From an uncultured bacterium (lineage in GTDB: Bacteria > Caldisericota > Caldisericia > B22-G15): a DNA stretch of 38,135 nucleotides. The translations under genes were made by a program, and so were the position numbers. Positions within the stretch are counted from its first letter, which is position 1. Each line of letters begins with the position of its first letter. The stretch spans positions 1-38,135 of the forward strand of contig CBFDTJ010000007.1 of the NCBI GenBank assembly GCA_965612865.1, written 5' to 3'. Below, in pieces: positions 9,281 through 19,299 of this stretch. The notes under the pieces were generated by a model, which did no database searches, was not told the DNA's origin, and was given only the letters and a program-made list of their open reading frames with translations.

Positions 9281-10459
9281 ATGGGAAAACTTGACTTTTT
9301 AAAAGAGAAAATTGAGGAACTAAAAGAAAAGGGAATGTATACAAAGATAAGGGTACTTGAGAGTGAACAAGGGGCATGGGTGGTTATAAATGGAAAAAGA
9401 ATGCTAAATCTCTCCTCCAACAATTATCTTGGTCTCATAAGCAAAAAGGAGATTAAAGAAAAGGCAAAGGAAGCAATTGATAAATTTGGAGTTGGATCAG
9501 GAGCTGTTAGAACAATAGCGGGAACCAACTTACTTCACACAGAACTTGAAAAGAAACTTGCTGAATTCAAAGGAGCAGAAGCAGTAATATTGCTTCAATC
9601 TGGAATACTTGCAAATATGGCTACAATTCCACTCATTGTGGGAGAGGGAGATCTAATATTCAGTGATGAACTTAATCACGCTTCAATTATTGATGGATGC
9701 AGGTTAAGTAAGGCAAAGATAGTAAGGTATAAACACATAGATATGAATGATCTTAAGAACAAACTTGAAGAGTACAAAGATTACAGTGGGAGAAAATTAA
9801 TAGTCACAGACGGTGTATTTAGCATGGATGGGGATATTGCTCCACTGCCTGAAATAGTTGAACTTGCAGAAAAATACAATGCAATAACAATGGTTGACGA
9901 TGCACATGGAGAGGGCGTACTTGGAAAAGGAGGAAGAGGAATATTAAACCACTTTCATCTTGAAGGAAAGGTTGACATCGACGTTGGAACCCTATCCAAA
10001 GCTTTTGGCGTCATAGGTGGCTATGTAGCCGGTTCGAAAACTCTTATTGAGTACATGAAACAAAGGGCGAGACCTTTCCTTTTCAGTACATCCATTACTC
10101 CAGCAGACACAGCAGCATTAATTGAAGCGGTGGATATTCTTACAAAAAGTGATGAACTTGTAAATAGACTCTGGGAAAACTCAAAGTACATAAAGGAAAA
10201 ACTCAAAAATGCGGGTTTTGACATAGGACACAGTCAAACACCTATAACTCCTGTTATCATCGGAGATGAAAAGAAAACAAGCAAGATGGCTGATAGATTA
10301 AACGAAGAAGGAGTTTTCGTCCAGGGTATAACATATCCCACAGTTCCACTGGGCAAAGCAAGAATAAGGGTTATGGTCTCAGCAAGCCATTCAAAGGAAG
10401 ACCTTGATTTTGGAATAGAAAAATTTATAAAAATTGGTAAGGAGGTAGGTGTAATTTAG
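9281..10459 (+). CDS. kbl: Glycine C-acetyltransferase (2-amino-3-ketobutyrate CoA ligase)
   Basis: [38 protein letters not shown] (PLP lysine); follows tdh. Confidence 0.9.
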   Translation: MGKLDFLKEKIEELKEKGMYTKIRVLESEQGAWVVINGKRMLNLSSNNYLGLISKKEIKEKAKEAIDKFGVGSGAVRTIAGTNLLHTELEKKLAEFKGAEAVILLQSGILANMATIPLIVGEGDLIFSDELNHASIIDGCRLSKAKIVRYKHIDMNDLKNKLEEYKDYSGRKLIVTDGVFSMDGDIAPLPEIVELAEKYNAITMVDDAHGEGVLGKGGRGILNHFHLEGKVDIDVGTLSKAFGVIGGYVAGSKTLIEYMKQRARPFLFSTSITPADTAALIEAVDILTKSDELVNRLWENSKYIKEKLKNAGFDIGHSQTPITPVIIGDEKKTSKMADRLNEEGVFVQGITYPTVPLGKARIRVMVSASHSKEDLDFGIEKFIKIGKEVGVI

Positions 10460-11493
10460 GGTTTCTTTCCTGTTCTCACTGCTCTAAATCCAAGCGAACC
10501 AAGTGCTTCGCTTTTGTCTCTTTTTATTACCATTCCTCTATAGGAAATGGAATAATATTCCCTTTCATCTGCCTCTGTGGATGACATATAGTATATTACA
10601 GGTTCATCAGGTGCCCATAAGGGGGTTTCCTTATCAGGCGGTTTTTTATAATTCTGTATTCCCTCCTTTCCATTCCATGGACAACCAACACACTCATTAT
10701 CCTTATACATACTCCTTGTTAACTCATCTATAGTAGGCAGTCTCCAGAAATCGTAAACTTTATCAGTAAGCTTTGTACCGTCATAATTTAAGTATCTAAA
10801 CATGTTGTATCTTTTGAAATCCTCATAAGATGCGTATGTTTCTCTTTTCCTTTCAAATCCTATAGGTTCTTTTCCATAAAGAGCAACTTCATTCCAGGAT
10901 AGGTTCCCCGTAGAACTTTTATGCCATCCAGGTCCCTCTCCTGCCCATATCAAAGTAATTTCATAACCTTCTACAATCCTTTCACCTCTATATCCATCAT
11001 CATATCTATTAAAATACCTGTAACCTGAAACAACTCCTACGGTTATCCCAATAACAAGAGGTATCAGGATAGCAATAATTACCTTAGAGTATCTTTTATA
11101 CCATCTAACTTCTCTCTCCAAAGGCTCTCTAATCCTGAACCCTTCTATAACAAAAAGAACACCAATTAATATAAAGAGCAGTGTAACAGGGATCCAGCTT
11201 AAAAAATCAGAGACAGTAGGAGTTCCTCTCTGGGTCATTCTTGAAAAAATAAAGACCGAGAAGATCATACCAGAAAGAACTATAAGGCTTCCTCCAATTT
11301 TCGGGAAGAGTAAAGAGACCACAGTAAGAGATACAGAAATTAAAGAGGGAATAAGAAAGAAAATCCACTCAAAGGGTCTGTACCAGCCTTCATGAAACAT
11401 TTCAGACACACCCCAGAATGTCCACAGGGATGAGATGAGGAGCATAAGAATAAAGGCTATATTTCCGGGAGTTCTACTTCTTATTCTCTTCAT
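10456..11493 (-). CDS. Membrane protein with several N-terminal TM helices and a C-terminal DUF1566/Lcl-like domain
   Basis: 4-5 hydrophobic segments, then [19 protein letters not shown] pattern. Confidence 0.6.
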   Translation of the reverse strand: MKRIRSRTPGNIAFILMLLISSLWTFWGVSEMFHEGWYRPFEWIFFLIPSLISVSLTVVSLLFPKIGGSLIVLSGMIFSVFIFSRMTQRGTPTVSDFLSWIPVTLLFILIGVLFVIEGFRIREPLEREVRWYKRYSKVIIAILIPLVIGITVGVVSGYRYFNRYDDGYRGERIVEGYEITLIWAGEGPGWHKSSTGNLSWNEVALYGKEPIGFERKRETYASYEDFKRYNMFRYLNYDGTKLTDKVYDFWRLPTIDELTRSMYKDNECVGCPWNGKEGIQNYKKPPDKETPLWAPDEPVIYYMSSTEADEREYYSISYRGMVIKRDKSEALGSLGFRAVRTGKKP

Positions 11494-12211
11494 GATACAC
11501 TCTCAAAAGAGTCTCAAGGGCAATTTTAATAGCAATGCTTTCGCCCTCCTTATACTTTTTCTCTGTGCCTTTTGGTTTAATCTTTCCCAAAGTCACATTT
11601 CCATCTATAGCAAAAATGGCACCGGATTTTACCTCCCTTCTTTGAGAAACAATAAAAACACATCCACTCTCCATTTCAACTGCTTGAACATTAGATTCAA
11701 CCAACATTTTTAAAGTTTTATCATCGTAAGGAATATAAAAAGCGTCACTGGAACCCACAACACCATAAAAAACTCTATTTGAAAATTCCTTTGAAACCTT
11801 AACCAGCTTTGATAAAACGCTAAAATCTGGAACTGCTGGGAAACCTAAAGGAAGATACTTTGGGGTAGTTCCATCGTCTCTTATGCTTCCTGTGGCTATA
11901 ACAACATCTCCAACATCAATTTCTGGATTTATTCCCCCTGCGCTACCCACTCTTATGAAGACTTTTCCACCAAGATGAATGAGCTCTTCAAGAACTATGG
12001 CAGTAGATGGAGCACCCATGCCCGTTGTTGAAACTGTAACTCTTAAATCCTTATAATATCCTGTGTAGGTGAGAAGTGATCTATAAGAATTTACTAGTTT
12101 CCCTTCCTTAAGAAAGTTTTCTGAAATTCTTGTAGCCCTATCGGGATTTCCAACAATAATAACATAGGGAGAGATGTCTTCTTTTTCACATCTTATGTGA
12201 AATTCACTCAT
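11474..12211 (-). CDS. Nucleoside phosphorylase (uridine phosphorylase / PNP-UDP family)
   Basis: GNPDRA, TGMGAPSTAIVLEEL, IRVGSAG, RDDGTT, AVEMESG. Confidence 0.9.
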   Translation of the reverse strand: MSEFHIRCEKEDISPYVIIVGNPDRATRISENFLKEGKLVNSYRSLLTYTGYYKDLRVTVSTTGMGAPSTAIVLEELIHLGGKVFIRVGSAGGINPEIDVGDVVIATGSIRDDGTTPKYLPLGFPAVPDFSVLSKLVKVSKEFSNRVFYGVVGSSDAFYIPYDDKTLKMLVESNVQAVEMESGCVFIVSQRREVKSGAIFAIDGNVTLGKIKPKGTEKKYKEGESIAIKIALETLLRVYHEENKK

Positions 12212-12214
12212 CTC

Positions 12215-13513
12215 TTACACTCCAAAAGTCTGCATTGGTTTCTCATCTTTTCTTATAACCATTTTATCTCTTATTTTGTTTGCTTCTCTCACCACTTCCT
12301 CAATATCAATGGTTAAAAGTTTACCATCCTTCACAACAATTCTTCCATCAACAATAACTGTGTCAATATCTCTATCTGAAAGGGAGTAAAGAATATTTGC
12401 AAATATGTTTGTATCTGGATTCATATTTGGAGAATTCTTTTTTATAAGTAATAAATCTGCAATAAACCCTTCCTTTACCTCACCAAGATCTTTTCGACCA
12501 ATGAACTCTCCTCCAGTGGAAAGAAGAGGTATCAACTCTTCCACTCTTCCAAGTTCGGGATTGGCTGTGGAAACTTTCGCAAGAAGTGCTGCATCTCTTG
12601 CCACCTCAAATATGTTCATGTTTGAGTTTGATGCTGGACCATCTGAAGCAAAGGAAACTGTTATTCCTCTCTCTATTGCTCTTGGAAGTAGATCCTTAAC
12701 AACTCCAAACCTCATGTATGTTTTTGGCGCATGGGAAACGTACGCTCCTGTGCTCTTTATAAGGTCAAGATCTGAATCTGTGGCAAAATAGGCATGGGCA
12801 AGTATTGTACCTTTCTTTAGTATTCCAATATCTTTTAGATACTCAATAGGTGTCCTCCCCTTCTCCTTCAAGCTTTTATCTATCTCCCACTGTTCCTCTG
12901 AGACATGGATATGGGATTTTAAACCGGTGTTTCCTGAAATCTCAGCGACTTTCTTTAAGAATTCCTCAGGACATATATATGGCGAATGGGGACCAAGACT
13001 TATGGTAAGCCTTTCGTCAGCACCACTGTATTTTTCAGTAAAATTCATCGCCTCCTTAAATTTCTCCTCCCATCCTTCCCCTGTTCCAAATACAGCCCAG
13101 GCAAGATCCGCTCTTATTCCAGATTCCTTATATGCCCTGTATGCTTTATCCATATAGAAATAATGATCACAGACAAGAGTAACTCCAGAAAGAAGCATCT
13201 CTGCAGCACCAAGAAGGGTTCCAATATAAACACCCTCTGGTGTAAGATTCTTCTCATAAATCCAGATGTGCTTATTGAACCAATCAAAGGTGGTTGTATC
13301 CTCAGCACTACCTCTTAAAAGTGTCATAGCTACATGAGCATGACAGTTGGTAACCCCTGGCGTTAGATAAAACTTACTTCCGTCTATAAGTTCTTTATCG
13401 CCATTGAGATTCTTCCCAATTTTTTTAATCCTGTTTCCCTCTATTAAAACATCTACATCTTCTTTTACACTTAAATCTTTAAAATTTAGAATCGTTGTGT
13501 TTTTTATAATCAT
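12215..13513 (-). CDS. Amidohydrolase, MtaD-like (5'-methylthioadenosine/SAH/nucleoside deaminase family)
   Basis: NCHAH metal motif, GPHSPY, HIHVSE, LAHA, ASDGPASN, VIVDGRIVV. Confidence 0.85.
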   Translation of the reverse strand: MIIKNTTILNFKDLSVKEDVDVLIEGNRIKKIGKNLNGDKELIDGSKFYLTPGVTNCHAHVAMTLLRGSAEDTTTFDWFNKHIWIYEKNLTPEGVYIGTLLGAAEMLLSGVTLVCDHYFYMDKAYRAYKESGIRADLAWAVFGTGEGWEEKFKEAMNFTEKYSGADERLTISLGPHSPYICPEEFLKKVAEISGNTGLKSHIHVSEEQWEIDKSLKEKGRTPIEYLKDIGILKKGTILAHAYFATDSDLDLIKSTGAYVSHAPKTYMRFGVVKDLLPRAIERGITVSFASDGPASNSNMNIFEVARDAALLAKVSTANPELGRVEELIPLLSTGGEFIGRKDLGEVKEGFIADLLLIKKNSPNMNPDTNIFANILYSLSDRDIDTVIVDGRIVVKDGKLLTIDIEEVVREANKIRDKMVIRKDEKPMQTFGV

Positions 13514-13884
13514 AGTCTCTCCTTTAAAAGTTCAAGTATTTTACTTCTATACTTATCCACCACATACTTCACCAATCCAATGTTCATGTCATCACCGAAA
13601 ATAGAGAGAATGTATCTGCCATTAAGAAAGGGTACAATGTATGTAGAACCTATCTCCTTTTCAACAATTATTCCCCTTATTTCCTCTTTATAAAAGAAAC
13701 TTTCCATTTTAAACATCTCTCTTATGCTTAAAGATATTGACATTGGGATTTCTTCATGGACCCGTCCATTCAATGATATACCCTCAACCATAAATCCATT
13801 TGGATCAGAAATATATATAGCAACAGACCCCTTTATTTTTTCCATGATAATTCTTAGAATTTCTCTCAATTTATTTTCTTCCAT
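13510..13884 (-). CDS. Roadblock/LC7 domain protein (divergent MglB-like)
   Basis: 124 aa; ISDPNGFMV and C-terminal NIGLVKY roadblock pattern; next to the small GTPase; ATGA overlap with the amidohydrolase. Confidence 0.7.
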   Translation of the reverse strand: MEENKLREILRIIMEKIKGSVAIYISDPNGFMVEGISLNGRVHEEIPMSISLSIREMFKMESFFYKEEIRGIIVEKEIGSTYIVPFLNGRYILSIFGDDMNIGLVKYVVDKYRSKILELLKERL

Positions 13885-13891
13885 TTTTGCC

Positions 13892-14386
13892 TCAAATTAG
13901 TTTTAAAAGTTCATTTAAAACATTCTTTTTGACTTCAGGATCTTTCGCAGAACCAAACACAAAGCGATAATTCATCGGGTCTAAAAGTGTAGAAAGTTCC
14001 TTTTCTGCATCCATTTCCTCTCCCGAGGAATTTTTAAGGTTTATAAAAAAGAACCCCTTTAGCTTTTTCTCTTTTAATAAAGATATAACCTCTGAATCGT
14101 ATCTGGAGATACCAATGAGAGGATCAAAGACATATATAAATAAATCTGCACCTTCAGAGATCACATCCCTTACAATTTCAAACCTTTTTTGACCAGGTGT
14201 TCCAAATATGTGAAACCTTACTCCATTTTTCTCTATCACACCAAAATCAAGAGCAATAGTTCTTCCTCTATACTCTATATTGATAGAATCTGGAATAAGA
14301 GTCTTTATGAGAGTGGACTTTCCAGCTTCAGCATTACCAAGCACTACAACCTTGACTCTTTTAATGACTTCTTTATCTCCTGTCAT
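13892..14386 (-). CDS. Small Ras-like GTPase (MglA/CvnD-like)
   Basis: G1 GNAEAGKST, G2 RTIALDFG, G3 GTPGQKRF, atypical G4 NLKN, G5 GSAK; flanked by two roadblock genes. Confidence 0.85.
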   Translation of the reverse strand: MTGDKEVIKRVKVVVLGNAEAGKSTLIKTLIPDSINIEYRGRTIALDFGVIEKNGVRFHIFGTPGQKRFEIVRDVISEGADLFIYVFDPLIGISRYDSEVISLLKEKKLKGFFFINLKNSSGEEMDAEKELSTLLDPMNYRFVFGSAKDPEVKKNVLNELLKLI

Positions 14387-14407
14387 CCTCTATACAGGAA
14401 TTAAAGC

Positions 14408-14764
14408 TTAGAAAGATTGAGTCATGGATTCTACTATCTTTGGTCCAGTTTTACTAACAAGGTATCTTGCCATTCCTATGTTCATTTTCTTATCTCCCAT
14501 TAGAAATAGAACCCAGTCATCACTTATTATCTGAACAAGAGCTATGCCGTCATCGTATTGAAGAATAATCTGGTCAAGTTTGCCAAGCTTGGCTTCTTCC
14601 CCGAGAACTTCAGTAGTGCCTAAAGTTGAGGATGCAAGTGCTCCTACAGTGTCTACATTGAGATCAACCATACCCACATAGGAAAGCACCAACCCATCTC
14701 TTCCAACGACCAAAGCACCTTTTGAGTGTTCTAACCTAAGCAGGTCTTTTAGAATTTCATCCAT
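14408..14764 (-). CDS. Roadblock/LC7 domain protein (MglB-like)
   Basis: GALVVGRDGLVL, VGALASS, LGKLDQIILQY, NIGMARY; GAGGAGG RBS. Confidence 0.88.
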   Translation of the reverse strand: MDEILKDLLRLEHSKGALVVGRDGLVLSYVGMVDLNVDTVGALASSTLGTTEVLGEEAKLGKLDQIILQYDDGIALVQIISDDWVLFLMGDKKMNIGMARYLVSKTGPKIVESMTQSF

Positions 14765-14787
14765 ACTTCCCTCCTCATATATTTAAA

Positions 14788-15735
14788 TCACTCATTTTTT
14801 AATTTTTCATCAAAGTATCTTATCATGTCAAAAATGAGCCCTTTAAATTTCTTGAGGTCAAGATCAAAGGCAACATCTGCATTGGGGTTCTTTCCTGTGA
14901 CTCTGTAAACATCAACTACAGTTTCTCCTCTTGTAAATTCTCCCCTTGTCTCAATATCTACACGAAGATACTTTGTTTCAAGTATTGATGGATCAATAAC
15001 ATATGAGACAGCAAGAGCATCATGGAGTGGCGCACCATTAATTCCAAAGACTTCTTTGTTTGTTGAAGCAAAGAATTTAAGAAGGGGAGAGATAATTCCT
15101 GAAACCATGCCGTTCATCTTCCCTATCTCCTCTATATCATCAAAGGATAGGAGTGCTTTGTTTGTAACATCAAGTCCTACCATGGTTATGTTAACACCTG
15201 ATTCAAACACAATCCTTGCTGCTTCTGGATCCACAAAAATGTTAAATTCAGATGCAGGAGTTATGTTAGAATCAAAAACTGCGCCACCCATAAGCACAAT
15301 TCTCTCTATCTTCTTCTTTATTTTAGGTTCCTTTAACAAAGCCACAGCAATATTTGTAAGGGGTCCTGTAGGAATAAGATAAACATCCTCCTTAGAGTTC
15401 ATCACAGTTTCAATAATGAAATCTACTGCATGTATATTTAATGGTTCAACCTCAGGCTCTGGAAGATCTGCTCCATCAAGTCCGGATACTCCATGTATCT
15501 CTGGAGCAACAACAAGTTCTCTAAATAACGGTTTGTCAAAACCTCTTGCAACCGGTACATTCTTTTCTCTTATGAGGGTAAGGGTTTTAAGTGCGTTTAA
15601 GAATGTCTTCTCTCCCACCTGATTTCCCGCAACAGTGGTTACACCAAGAACATCAAGTTCTTTTGAGAACACTGCAAGCATTATCGCCATCATATCATCA
15701 TGGCCTGGATCACAATCAAGTAGTACTTTCTTCAC
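14788..15735 (-). CDS. Nucleoside hydrolase (IU-NH/Rih family)
   Basis: DCDPGHDD Ca-binding motif, GPLTNIA, SEFNIFVDPEAA, LHDAL. Confidence 0.93.
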   Translation of the reverse strand: MKKVLLDCDPGHDDMMAIMLAVFSKELDVLGVTTVAGNQVGEKTFLNALKTLTLIREKNVPVARGFDKPLFRELVVAPEIHGVSGLDGADLPEPEVEPLNIHAVDFIIETVMNSKEDVYLIPTGPLTNIAVALLKEPKIKKKIERIVLMGGAVFDSNITPASEFNIFVDPEAARIVFESGVNITMVGLDVTNKALLSFDDIEEIGKMNGMVSGIISPLLKFFASTNKEVFGINGAPLHDALAVSYVIDPSILETKYLRVDIETRGEFTRGETVVDVYRVTGKNPNADVAFDLDLKKFKGLIFDMIRYFDEKLKNE

Positions 15736-16660
15736 TTATCTTTTTCCTCCTTTTTGCCTTAGCCATTGCTTGTATTGAGTAAATTGTTAGTGCGATAATG
15801 GTAGTTATGTATGGAATCATCTGAATAAACTCCGATGGAATTTCAAGGGATGCAAGGTATATTGCAAGTGCATTAACTATTCCAAAAAGCAGCGAACCAA
15901 GAAAAGTACCAAGGGGTAAATTTCCACCAAGAGCAGACGCAGCAATTGCAATAAATCCTCTACCTGCCGTCATGTCCCTTGAAAACCATGATACATAACC
16001 CATGGAAAGATAAAGTCCACCAAGAGCACCGAAAACTCCCGATAAAAGCAGAGAATACATTTTTATCTTATTCACGTCCACACCTACAGACTCTGCAGCA
16101 TCAGGATTTTGACCAACTGCTCTAATCCTTAGTCCAAGAGGTGTTTTATATATGATATAGTAGAAGATTATAACAGATACCAATGCAAAATATGTGAGAA
16201 TATTATGTCCACTTATAATCCTTCCTAAAATTGGAATATCCTTTATCACTGGAATCTGATAGGATGGAAAAACAAGACTTTTTAAGGAACTCGATGTTCC
16301 CTTATCGTGAGCAAATATGTAAAGGAGAAATATTGTCATACCGGATGCAAACATGTTTAAAGCTATAGCTGCAAGTATTATATTTGCTCTTAGTTTAAGA
16401 TGGAAGTATCCAAGAAGAGCAGAAAGTCCAACTCCTGCAAGTATCCCCATAATAAGAGCAAGGAATAGATTTCCAGTGAAAGCACTAACCATAACACCGG
16501 TAAAAGCAGAAACAAGCATTATACCTTCAAGAGCAATGTTAATGGAACCAGCAAGGGCAGAAATTGCAACTCCAATTGCAGGATAAAGTATGGGGGTCAT
16601 AACTCTTAAAATTGCAAAGCCAAAATCGGGAGAGATTATACTTTTAAGAAGCGGGTTCAT
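15716..16660 (-). CDS. Nucleoside ABC transporter permease (NupC-like)
   Basis: NIALEGIML, TPLGLRIRAVGQNPDAAESVG, GRGFIAIAA, MIPYITT. Confidence 0.9.
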   Translation of the reverse strand: MNPLLKSIISPDFGFAILRVMTPILYPAIGVAISALAGSINIALEGIMLVSAFTGVMVSAFTGNLFLALIMGILAGVGLSALLGYFHLKLRANIILAAIALNMFASGMTIFLLYIFAHDKGTSSSLKSLVFPSYQIPVIKDIPILGRIISGHNILTYFALVSVIIFYYIIYKTPLGLRIRAVGQNPDAAESVGVDVNKIKMYSLLLSGVFGALGGLYLSMGYVSWFSRDMTAGRGFIAIAASALGGNLPLGTFLGSLLFGIVNALAIYLASLEIPSEFIQMIPYITTIIALTIYSIQAMAKAKRRKKISEESTT

Positions 16661-17720
16661 GTTCTACCTCCTTTCTCTCTGCCTCCTTAATAGTTATTCT
16701 GTATCTCCATTGCTCTAAGAACGCCTCTGCTGTAATCAAAAGTATTATAATTGCCTCGATCACTGTAACCATTTCTGATGGTATATCCGACAGAAGGTTA
16801 AGAACCTGACCTCCAACCCTTAGATATGCAAGAAATAGTGAAGCAAATATAATAGATATTGGATGATTTCTTCCTATTATGGCAACCACAACTCCATCCC
16901 ATCCATATCCAGGACTCATCTGCCAGTTAAACCTCCTGTGTATCCCCATAACCTCCGTCATCCCTGCAATACCTGCTATAAACCCACCAATAACCTGAGA
17001 AATTATTATTACCTTAAACACATTGATACCACCATACCTTGAGAAATGAATATTAAAACCTGTCATTCTGATTTCATACCCAAGAGTTGTATGATAAAGG
17101 AAAAAGTAAACAAGTATTGCAAAAATAAAAGCAATAACAATTCCCCAATGTATTCTTGTACCAGGCACAAACTGTGAAAGCCAGGCAGTTTTTGGTAATT
17201 GATAGGATACAAGATAACCAGCTGCCTTATCTCTAAAGTGGTAGTTTATTATGTACAAACCAAGAAAATAGGCTACATAGTTCAGCATAAGGGAAGCAAC
17301 AAGTTCACTGGCATTCCACTTTGCCTTGAGTATTCCAGGAATAAATCCCCAGAATGCACCAACAAGACCTGCCACAAGCAATACCAGTGGAATATGAATA
17401 ATCATGGGCATGTTAGTTGACACAGCGAAAGCCGTTCCTATGGCTGCTCCTATAAACAACGCTCCTTCTGCTCCAATGTTAAACTGCTCTGCCTGGAAAG
17501 GAATAGATATGGCAAGTCCACAAAAGATTATTGGAGATGCGGTTTCTATCAAATTTCCAAATCTGCTTTTGGATAAAAAAGGTCCCAGAAGGAATGATTT
17601 GAGAGAAAAACCAGGATTTTTACTTATCACATATATAACAAAAATGCTTATTATTATTCCTATGGCTATAGCAATTATCGTTCTAATAAGGTTAAAATAC
17701 TTTAAAACAAATTTCTCCAT
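16644..17720 (-). CDS. Nucleoside ABC transporter permease (NupB-like)
   Basis: FNIGAEG, SLMLNY, TTLGYEIR, GYGWDGVVVA. Confidence 0.9.
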   Translation of the reverse strand: MEKFVLKYFNLIRTIIAIAIGIIISIFVIYVISKNPGFSLKSFLLGPFLSKSRFGNLIETASPIIFCGLAISIPFQAEQFNIGAEGALFIGAAIGTAFAVSTNMPMIIHIPLVLLVAGLVGAFWGFIPGILKAKWNASELVASLMLNYVAYFLGLYIINYHFRDKAAGYLVSYQLPKTAWLSQFVPGTRIHWGIVIAFIFAILVYFFLYHTTLGYEIRMTGFNIHFSRYGGINVFKVIIISQVIGGFIAGIAGMTEVMGIHRRFNWQMSPGYGWDGVVVAIIGRNHPISIIFASLFLAYLRVGGQVLNLLSDIPSEMVTVIEAIIILLITAEAFLEQWRYRITIKEAERKEVEHEPAS

Positions 17721-17721
17721 T

Positions 17722-19245
17722 CTACTCCTCCCTCTTTATACCCAGCATGTATGGACCAAGATCCTTACCTGTAAGACCATCCACTTCATTGAACCTGGCA
17801 ACTATTTCTCCATTATAGATTACCACTATCCTTGTGGAGAGTTTAAGAACCTCATCAAGATCCGCTGAAACAAGAAAAACTGCGCTTCCTTCGTCTCTTG
17901 CCTTCATGAGAAGATTGTGAACAAGTTCCTCAGAACCAACATCTATTCCTCTTGTTGGCTGATCAGCAATTAAAACCATGGGATTAGAAGATAATTCTCT
18001 TGCCACCACAACTTTTTGAATGTTTCCACCTGAAAGAGAGGAAACTGTTGCTTTGGGGGAACTGGCAAGAACATTGAAATCCTTTATAAGTTTATTACTG
18101 TAATCCTGTATATACTTCCAATCCAGTTTTGCTCCTTTTGAAAAAGGACTCTTATAGTATCTATCAACTATGAAATTTTCTTCAAGAGTTGCCTTATCTG
18201 CAACTCCATTCTTCATTCTATCCTCTGGAATGTGTGAAACCTTCTTTTCTCTTATTTTTCTTGGAGAAAGACCTAAAATATTTTCTCCTTTAATTAAAAC
18301 TTCGCCGGTGGTTGCTTCTCTAAGACCTGTGAGTATCTCAACAAGCTCTGTCTGACCATTTCCTTCAACTCCAGCAATTCCAAGTATCTCACCAGCTCTA
18401 ACTTCAAAGGAGATGTTTTTTAAGACCTCCACACTTTCTTCATTTACATAGGAAAGATTCCTCACAGTAAGGAGTGGCTCTCCAATCCTTTTGGGTGGAG
18501 GAATTCTTTCAAAACTTATCTCTCTACCCACCATCAGGTATGCTATGTCATGTTCAGTTAAGTCCTTGGCGTCTTTCGTAGCAACAACCTTTCCATCTCT
18601 CATAACAGTTACCTTATCAGCAATCTCTTTTACCTCTTTTAGTTTGTGGGATATAAAGATTATCGTCTTACCGTGTTTTTTAAGTTCTTTCAAGGTTTTA
18701 AAGAGAACCTCTGTCTCCTGAGGTGTAAGCACTGATGTAGGTTCATCAAGAATCAATAATTCTGCATTCCTGAAAAGAGCCTTGAGTATCTCCACCCTCT
18801 GTTTTATACCTATAGGAAGATCCTTTATCTTTTTCTCTGCAGGAACATCAAGTCCATAGTTTTTAGAAACCTCCTTTGTTATCTCAATGGCTTTCTGGGT
18901 ATCAAGAAAGAATTTCCCTTTGAGAGGTTCTGAGCCAAGAACAAGATTTTCACTTACAGTTAAGTCGGGTGCAAGCATCAAATGCTGATGAACCATACCA
19001 ATTCCAATTTTTATTGCATCAAGAGGATTTCTTATGTGGATCTCTTTTCCTTTGTAATATATTTTCCCCTCCTGAGGTTTCTCTATGCCAAATATCACCT
19101 TCATTAAAGTTGTCTTCCCTGCTCCATTCTCCCCCACTATGGCATGGATGGTATTTTCTTCTACTTCTACACTAACCCCTCTATTTGCAATAACACCATT
19201 GGGATAAATTTTTACTATATTCTCTACAGAAAGTATGACTCCCAT
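17722..19245 (-). CDS. Nucleoside ABC transporter ATP-binding protein (NupA-like, duplicated NBD)
   Basis: GENGAGKTT, ILDEPT, AGVEGNGQTEL, LSGGNIQK, QPTRGIDVG. Confidence 0.93.
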   Translation of the reverse strand: MGVILSVENIVKIYPNGVIANRGVSVEVEENTIHAIVGENGAGKTTLMKVIFGIEKPQEGKIYYKGKEIHIRNPLDAIKIGIGMVHQHLMLAPDLTVSENLVLGSEPLKGKFFLDTQKAIEITKEVSKNYGLDVPAEKKIKDLPIGIKQRVEILKALFRNAELLILDEPTSVLTPQETEVLFKTLKELKKHGKTIIFISHKLKEVKEIADKVTVMRDGKVVATKDAKDLTEHDIAYLMVGREISFERIPPPKRIGEPLLTVRNLSYVNEESVEVLKNISFEVRAGEILGIAGVEGNGQTELVEILTGLREATTGEVLIKGENILGLSPRKIREKKVSHIPEDRMKNGVADKATLEENFIVDRYYKSPFSKGAKLDWKYIQDYSNKLIKDFNVLASSPKATVSSLSGGNIQKVVVARELSSNPMVLIADQPTRGIDVGSEELVHNLLMKARDEGSAVFLVSADLDEVLKLSTRIVVIYNGEIVARFNEVDGLTGKDLGPYMLGIKREE

Positions 19246-19260
19246 CCTTCCTCCATTTAG

Positions 19261-19289
19261 AAAAAAGCCGGGAGACTCCTCTCCCGGCT
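19261..19289 (-). terminator. Intra-operon terminator / stabilising hairpin after the substrate-binding protein gene
   Basis: 10-bp stem (plus-strand arms AGCCGGGAGA/TCTCCCGGCT) with a 4-nt loop, followed by T6 on the minus strand. Confidence 0.75.
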
Positions 19290-19299
19290 AATAAATCTC

